From contig JBBQXJ010000038.1 of the NCBI GenBank assembly GCA_038209745.1, forward strand, positions 1 to 42,049: a DNA stretch of 42,049 nt. Direction: 5' to 3'. The position numbers and the translations under genes were made by a program. Of the stretch, positions 36,362 through 42,049 are shown one piece after another (position 1 is the first letter of the stretch; each line of letters opens with the position of its first letter). The notes beneath the pieces are model-generated. The model made no database searches, had not been told where the DNA came from, and saw only the letters and a list, made by a program, of their open reading frames with translations. Origin of the DNA: Verrucomicrobiota bacterium (lineage in GTDB: Bacteria > Verrucomicrobiota > Verrucomicrobiia > Limisphaerales > CANJSG01).

Positions 36362-36533
36362 GGGCGGAGGTTCAACCACAGATCGGCGAGAAAGGACACA
36401 GGGATTTGAACCGCCGAAGACGCGGAAAAAGCAGAAAGGGATCCTGAGAGTGGAAACCTCAGCCCGCTTCTGCGTGGTCTGCGGTCAAAGCATGACATGC
36501 TCAATATGGGCGAACGCCGAAAGCCCCTCTTGA

Positions 36534-37313
36534 TCAGTGGGCCTTGGCCTCGTATCCCGCCATCGGCTTGCCTTTGTCGTCGAGCTTGTCGCAGGCCCAG
36601 AGCAGGCCGCGGGTGACGAGGTCGAGATAGACGGGATCGGACATGCCGTTGTTGCCGTGGCCGAGGGTGGTGCCGAAGACGCGGGCCTGGCCGTAGGTGT
36701 TCACCCAGATGACGGCATGGGTTTTCTTGGTCTCCACGCCCCAGGCGTCGGCCAAGGGGATGAAGTTGGGGAAGAGCTTCTCGTTCTTGTAGAGCTCTTC
36801 TTTGGCCGCGAGCCAGGTTTTGGGAAAGCCCATCATGATGGGATGGCCGGGAAGCTGGTTGGTCACGATGAAGTCGCGGCCGGTTTCATGGCTCATGGAG
36901 CGCTGGCCGAGGCATTCGCGCCAGGCATCGGTGGCGGCCATGCGGTAGCTGTGGGTGGAGCAATGGAGCATGACGGCCGGGACTCCCTTGTAGTGGGCGG
37001 CGGCGATGCGTTCGACGAGAGCGACGTTGGTCACGTAGCCGAAGCATTCGTTGTGCAGGACGACATCGTAGCCGTCGGCCCAGTTGGGATTGGAGTAGAT
37101 GCTGACCTCGTGGGTGCGGTCGTCGCCTTCGTGGACGATGGTCCAAACGACGTTGGCGCGGGCGCTGATCCCTTCGCTGAGGATGGCTTTCTGGTGTTCG
37201 TAGTCGTGGCAGCAGCCGCCCGTGACCATGAGCGCGCGGATGGGTTTTGAATCGGCGCCAGAGACGGAGAGGGCTAGGCAGGCCAAGAGGACGGAATGGA
37301 GGAACCGGGTCAT
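36534..37313 (-). CDS. Secreted ThuA-like domain protein
   Basis: Signal peptide; ALMVTGGCCHDY, LHNECF, LHCSTHSYR, EELY, FGTTLGH. Confidence 0.85.
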   Translation of the reverse strand: MTRFLHSVLLACLALSVSGADSKPIRALMVTGGCCHDYEHQKAILSEGISARANVVWTIVHEGDDRTHEVSIYSNPNWADGYDVVLHNECFGYVTNVALVERIAAAHYKGVPAVMLHCSTHSYRMAATDAWRECLGQRSMSHETGRDFIVTNQLPGHPIMMGFPKTWLAAKEELYKNEKLFPNFIPLADAWGVETKKTHAVIWVNTYGQARVFGTTLGHGNNGMSDPVYLDLVTRGLLWACDKLDDKGKPMAGYEAKAH

Positions 37314-37484
37314 GGATCGGAGCTTCAACGGCACGACGGGAAGGTCAAGAGTTCGGGACGATGCGGCGACACCTCCAGGCCGGTGCGAAGACAACCGGAA
37401 ACGGCGCTTCGCTGGTTTCCTCTGGATGTGAGGGCTGCGCGGCAACGCAGCCCCACCACGATTGGAACAGGTTGGGAGCTCGTC

Positions 37485-39827
37485 CTACTGATTGCCGCAG
37501 AGTCGCAGCAGTTCCACTTCGTCGATGACTGCGACGCCGAGCTTTTGGGCCTTTTCCAGCTTGGATCCGGCTTCGGTGCCGGCGACGACGAAGTCGGTGT
37601 TCTTGCTGACGGAGCTGGAGACGGAACCGCCGGCTTGGCGGATCAATTCGCTGGCTTGGTCTCGAGACAGAGTTGGCAGCGTGCCGGTGAGGACGCAGGT
37701 CTTTCCGGTCATTGGGCCGTCGGTCGACTGGGCTTCGGCTGCCGTTTCGATGCTCTCGGGTTTGATGCCGAGGTCGACGATACGCTGAAGCGCTTTCTGG
37801 CCATTTTCCGAAGCGAAGTAGTTGATGACGCTGGCTGCGGCGACGGGACCGACCTCGGGCAGGCGGGCTTTCAGGCCCCCGGCTGAAAGCCTTTCTTGGA
37901 TCTTTTGGACCGCCAATTTCAGCTCCTGATCGCGCTCCTCCCGGCGCGCTTTGTCGGCTTCGTTTTTAGGAGGATTCTTGCGTGAACGCGGGCTGATTTC
38001 CTGCCGTTCCGCCTCCAGAGTGGCGACATCCAGGATGTCATTCAGCACGTCTGAGCGAGCCAGTTGGCCCAGCGTTGCATGGGTTTGCGCGAGCTGATAG
38101 GCGGTCGCTTCGCCGATGTTGGCGATGGCCAACGCGTGGATCCAGCGGTGCAGGGGAGCGGTCTTGGAACGCTCGAGCGCTTCGAGGACTTTGGTGGCGT
38201 TTTTCTCGCCGAAGACGCGGGGTTCCTCGTCGGTGCCGAGGTTGAGCTTGGCCAGCGTTTCGAGCTTCAGATCGAAGAGGTCGAGGGGCTCCTTTACGAG
38301 ACCGCGTTCGACCAGCTTTTCCGCGACGATTCCGCCAAGAGATTCGATGTCGAGGGCCTTGCGCTGGGCGAAATACTCGATGCGCCGGGTCAACTGGGCG
38401 GGGCAGCCGCCGACGTTCTGGCAGCGCCAGGCGACTTCTTCGACGTCCCCGGCGGAGACTTTTTCCTTGGCGATGGGGCCGCCGCACGCCGGGCACTTGC
38501 CGCCGATGTGCTGGACGAGGTCGAAGGGCTGTGCGTCGGGCGGGCGTTTGGTGGTCAGCACTTCGACGACTTCCGGGATGACCATGCCGGCCTTGCGGAT
38601 GACGACGGTGTCGCCGATGCGGATGTCCTTCCGGCGGATCTCGTCTTCGTTGTGCAGGGTGGCGCGCGAGACGGTGGATCCTTGGACAAAAACTGGTTCC
38701 AGCTCGGCCACAGGGGTCAGAACTCCAGTGCGGCCGACTTGGACGGTGATCGCCTTGAGAACCGTCTCGGCGGGGGTGATCCAAGGGACCGGTTTGTGGA
38801 CAATGGCGTAACCGGGGGCGCGGGTGCGGCCGGGGATGCGGGGCCAATCAGCCAAGGTATTGACCTTGATGACGACGCCGTCGATCTCGTAGGGAACGCG
38901 GCTGCGGAGATCCTTTTCCTGGTCGTAGTGCGCGACGACCTCGTCCGAGTAGACTTGGAGGATTTCTTCCATGCTGTCGCGTTGCCACCCGATCTTCTGG
39001 GTCGGGAGGCCGAAGTCGCCAAGAGCCTTCAGCATCTCCGCATGGGTTTGAAACTCGATGCCGTCGCAAGCCCCGATCCCGTAGAAAACCGCGCGAATGG
39101 GTCGTTGGGCGACCCGTTTTGGATCGAGTTGCTTGAGGGCGCCGGCCGTGGCGTTTCTCGCGTTGGGAAAGCCCTTCTCCTCTGCGGCAGCGAGTTTGGC
39201 GTTGAGAGTTTGGAACTCTTTGATCGGCATGTAGGCCTCGCCCCGGACCTCCAGTAGCGGGGGAGGACTTGAGGTCGCCAGTTGCAACGGAATCGAGCGG
39301 AGCGTTTTGAGATTCGCGGTGATGTCGTCGCCGAATTGGCCGTCTCCCCGGGTGACCCCGAGCGTGAGCTTGCCATCACGGTAGTGGAGGCTGATCGACA
39401 CTCCGTCGACCTTGGGTTCCATCACGTAGCTGACCCGTTCTCGGCCTAGATGTTTCCGGATCGCAAGGTCAAAAGAGCGCAGTGATCGGAGCGTGTTCTC
39501 GTCTTGCCTCCGGCTGCGCAGGTCGCGGTCAGGTTCCTCAGCTTGGGTGGGATGCTCCGCCGCGTCGATTTTGTCTAGGGACTGCATCGGCAACCGGTGT
39601 TTGACCCGGGTGAAGCCTTCGGTAGGGGCTCCGCCGACTCTTTGACTGGGGGAGTCCGCCGTCGCCAAAGCCGGGTGCTCTGCCTCAAATCCGAGCAGTT
39701 CTAGGTAAAGTTGGTCGTATTCGAAGTCGCTGACTTTGGGCTGCGCGACAACGTAGTAGGCATGATCGTGACGTCGGAGTTGATCCACTATGGCGGCGTG
39801 CCGTGATCTGGCATCAGCGAAAGTCAT
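37485..39827 (-). CDS. ligA: NAD-dependent DNA ligase with insertions
   Basis: HDHAYY, QRVG, EPKVDG, TRGDG, EVRGE, NARNA, DGVVIK, QVGRTG, ATLHN, 4-Cys zinc finger, HhH, C-terminal BRCT. Confidence 0.97.
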   Translation of the reverse strand: MTFADARSRHAAIVDQLRRHDHAYYVVAQPKVSDFEYDQLYLELLGFEAEHPALATADSPSQRVGGAPTEGFTRVKHRLPMQSLDKIDAAEHPTQAEEPDRDLRSRRQDENTLRSLRSFDLAIRKHLGRERVSYVMEPKVDGVSISLHYRDGKLTLGVTRGDGQFGDDITANLKTLRSIPLQLATSSPPPLLEVRGEAYMPIKEFQTLNAKLAAAEEKGFPNARNATAGALKQLDPKRVAQRPIRAVFYGIGACDGIEFQTHAEMLKALGDFGLPTQKIGWQRDSMEEILQVYSDEVVAHYDQEKDLRSRVPYEIDGVVIKVNTLADWPRIPGRTRAPGYAIVHKPVPWITPAETVLKAITVQVGRTGVLTPVAELEPVFVQGSTVSRATLHNEDEIRRKDIRIGDTVVIRKAGMVIPEVVEVLTTKRPPDAQPFDLVQHIGGKCPACGGPIAKEKVSAGDVEEVAWRCQNVGGCPAQLTRRIEYFAQRKALDIESLGGIVAEKLVERGLVKEPLDLFDLKLETLAKLNLGTDEEPRVFGEKNATKVLEALERSKTAPLHRWIHALAIANIGEATAYQLAQTHATLGQLARSDVLNDILDVATLEAERQEISPRSRKNPPKNEADKARREERDQELKLAVQKIQERLSAGGLKARLPEVGPVAAASVINYFASENGQKALQRIVDLGIKPESIETAAEAQSTDGPMTGKTCVLTGTLPTLSRDQASELIRQAGGSVSSSVSKNTDFVVAGTEAGSKLEKAQKLGVAVIDEVELLRLCGNQ

Positions 39828-39940
39828 GGGCGAGTCTTAATTCCTGCGAGACTCGTCCACAATCCAACAGCCTTTGAAAAAGCCGCGCTCAAGGGCATAC
39901 GCGCCGTGAATTAATCATATTCCGGTGAACGTGGCGGGCG

Positions 39941-40960
39941 CAGGGCCTTTTGTTTTGAAGGGCTCAAGGGGCGATGAGGTCGAGGGAGCGGGCGGGTCTT
40001 GGAGCGGAGGTGTCCGCGGATCTCGGGAAGCGAGTCATTGGGGAAGGGGTCGGGCAGGAGGGCCAGGAGGGCCAGGAGGGCCAGGAGGGCGTTGCGGATG
40101 AGGGCGGGGTTGGCCAGCAGGTTGGGCTTGCGACTGCGGGAGCGGTCCTCGCCCATGAGCGCGGCGCGGCGCCAGTGGTTGCGATTCTCCACGCCGCCCC
40201 GGTGGCCGCGGGTCAATTTCACCCATTGCTCCGGGCTTGGCCCACGAGGCGGAATGCTCGAAAGACAATGCTGCGGCTCCCGGGTGGTGAGCCCTGTCTT
40301 CTTCACGGTCCGCTGGTTGCGGACCACCACCAAGCTCCGGGCGAAGGGGAAGTCGGCCGCCATGGGTTCGATGGCAAAGGCGTGGAGCCCACGGACCCCG
40401 ATCCGCCCGTGGCCGCTCTCGGTCAGCGGAAAATGGGGACGCCCGGCGTTGTGTCCAGGCCCTGGCCCGTTGGTGGAGGCGGGGTGGGTTGCCCTTGATC
40501 TGGAGCAGGCAGCGACTCGAGCAGGGCGTGGGCCGCGCTTTGTTAGCAGCGCAGCGTGCCTTCCTTCTGGTGGTAGACGACCTGCAGCGCGCCGTCCTCG
40601 TGCCGGCCGAGGATGGGGAACCCGTTACGGTAGCGGGCGCTGGACTGGGCGGGGATCAGGCGCGTGGCGCAGCACTCCCCGCAGCGATTCCATCCGGGGC
40701 CGGAATACCGGCAGGACTCCCCAAGGTGGCTTGGCCCGTCCGGCTGCGCCCAGGGCCTGCGAGGCTAGGTTGGGAGATGCCCATTGGGCGCGAGGACCAG
40801 GAACCGCCGATTCTGGACAACCCGCTTGAGGCGCTCCACCGGCTGGAGGCGCTAAACCCGATCCAGCGGTCGCGGTCCTTTAGCGCTTAGCAGCCCGGTC
40901 CCCAGACCCACAGCGTTACGACCCGCCCGTCCCTCGCCTCCGTCTCCTCATGAACAACCT
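39941..40960 (-). mobile_element. Degraded ISAs1-family element with N-terminal DUF4338/DruA-like domain (pseudogene)
   Basis: Minus-strand fragments WVWGPGC*A, KDRDRWIG, VVQNRRFLVL, PNLASQALG (DUF4338-like), then AAHALLES, LLQIKGN and VENRNHWRR..MGEDRSR (ISAs1 DDE core). CAGGGC end at 39941. Many frameshifts and deletions. Confidence 0.75.
40055..40090. repeat. 9-bp tandem repeat (CAGGAGGGC)x4 inside the IS remnant
   Basis: Four exact copies, giving ALLALLALLALL on the minus strand. Confidence 0.9.
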
Positions 40961-41374
40961 GTTGAGCCTCCACATCTAGGACCGCTCGCAAGAGCGGCGC
41001 TAACCGCTCCCGAACGCAAAACAGGCGGAAACCCCGAATTCATATGCAAAGGGGTTAGCACCCAATCTGGATTGCAAATGGTGGGCTGAAATCACGTCGA
41101 CTAGAGGATCGGCGCACAAAAATTCCCAAGCGGTCACAGAATCAATCTGCCGAAGGACGATTCTTGATATTGATCCTTTCCCACACATCCCCCCACAGAA
41201 TTAACCCTTTCTGGCGGCCAAAAATTGTGAAACAGAGTCCAAAATTCGAAAAACACGCGCTCGAAGCTGAAAAACAACGGGAGATGTAGCGTTCAATTCG
41301 AAAAAATAAGGTACCCCAAATCTCTTATCTCCAACACTTTAAGAAAACAAAAGCTCATCAGAGTCGAAAACATG

Positions 41375-41403
41375 TTGCCCTCGCTCAATGAAGCCTCTAA
41401 GTT
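41375..41403 (+). promoter_or_regulatory. Candidate rRNA operon promoter
   Basis: TTGCCC-17 nt-TAAGTT downstream of A-tract-rich DNA; boxA-like ATCTTTGAAAAT at about 41533-41544. Confidence 0.5.
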
Positions 41404-41627
41404 TTTTGAACTTCGACGGCAAGCGACCGAGAAAAGATCGGACGGCGAACGAAGTAAATAAGAGAAGCAAGTCAGTTTTAGGTTGCTCTCAAATTTTTAG
41501 TCCCCAGATTGTTCGGGGTCGGTTAGCGCCGAATCTTTGAAAATTAAATTGTGCGATAGAATAAGCTCCAATGTTAGTTGAGTTAATTGCGAATAATAGG
41601 TGAACGGCACCTATAGAGTCTATATTT

Positions 41628-42049
<422 letters not shown>

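Noticed and set aside
37485..39827. Intein in ligA
   Set aside because: Insertions are short and lack intein terminal Cys/Ser...His-Asn motifs.
40750..40960. Druantia anti-phage system
   Set aside because: Only broken DUF4338-like fragments inside an IS remnant; no DruE helicase or other Dru genes.

Overview
High-GC chromosomal window from a Verrucomicrobiota bacterium. The 16S carries the EUB338-III-type ACACCTACGGGTGGCAGC signature, and the gene style suggests Limisphaerales/Pedosphaerales (inference). Most genes are housekeeping or metabolic: leuB, rpsU, tRNA-Gln, pyrE, folE2, a dksA-like gene, rpmG, rpsR, mqnD, proB, mazG, ndh, lgt, miaA, ligA, and the 5' end of a 16S rRNA gene. An accessory-looking block at about 22.1-32.5 kb holds a methyltransferase pseudogene, a tandem double adenylate kinase, a secreted metallopeptidase-acetylesterase fusion, a pentaheme cytochrome c with a beta-propeller partner, a cis-3-hydroxy-L-proline dehydratase-like enzyme and a secreted repeat protein. 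Reading the DNA directly also shows five further signals: (1) a phosphatase gene enclosed by inverted REP-like repeats; (2) a small basic protein behind a candidate sigma-54 promoter, convergent on rpmG-rpsR; (3) a displaced duplicate of a ferredoxin 3' end; (4) recurrent leaderless-type promoters; (5) a degraded ISAs1 element carrying a DUF4338/DruA-like domain. All calls come from motif recognition only; no database searches were run.
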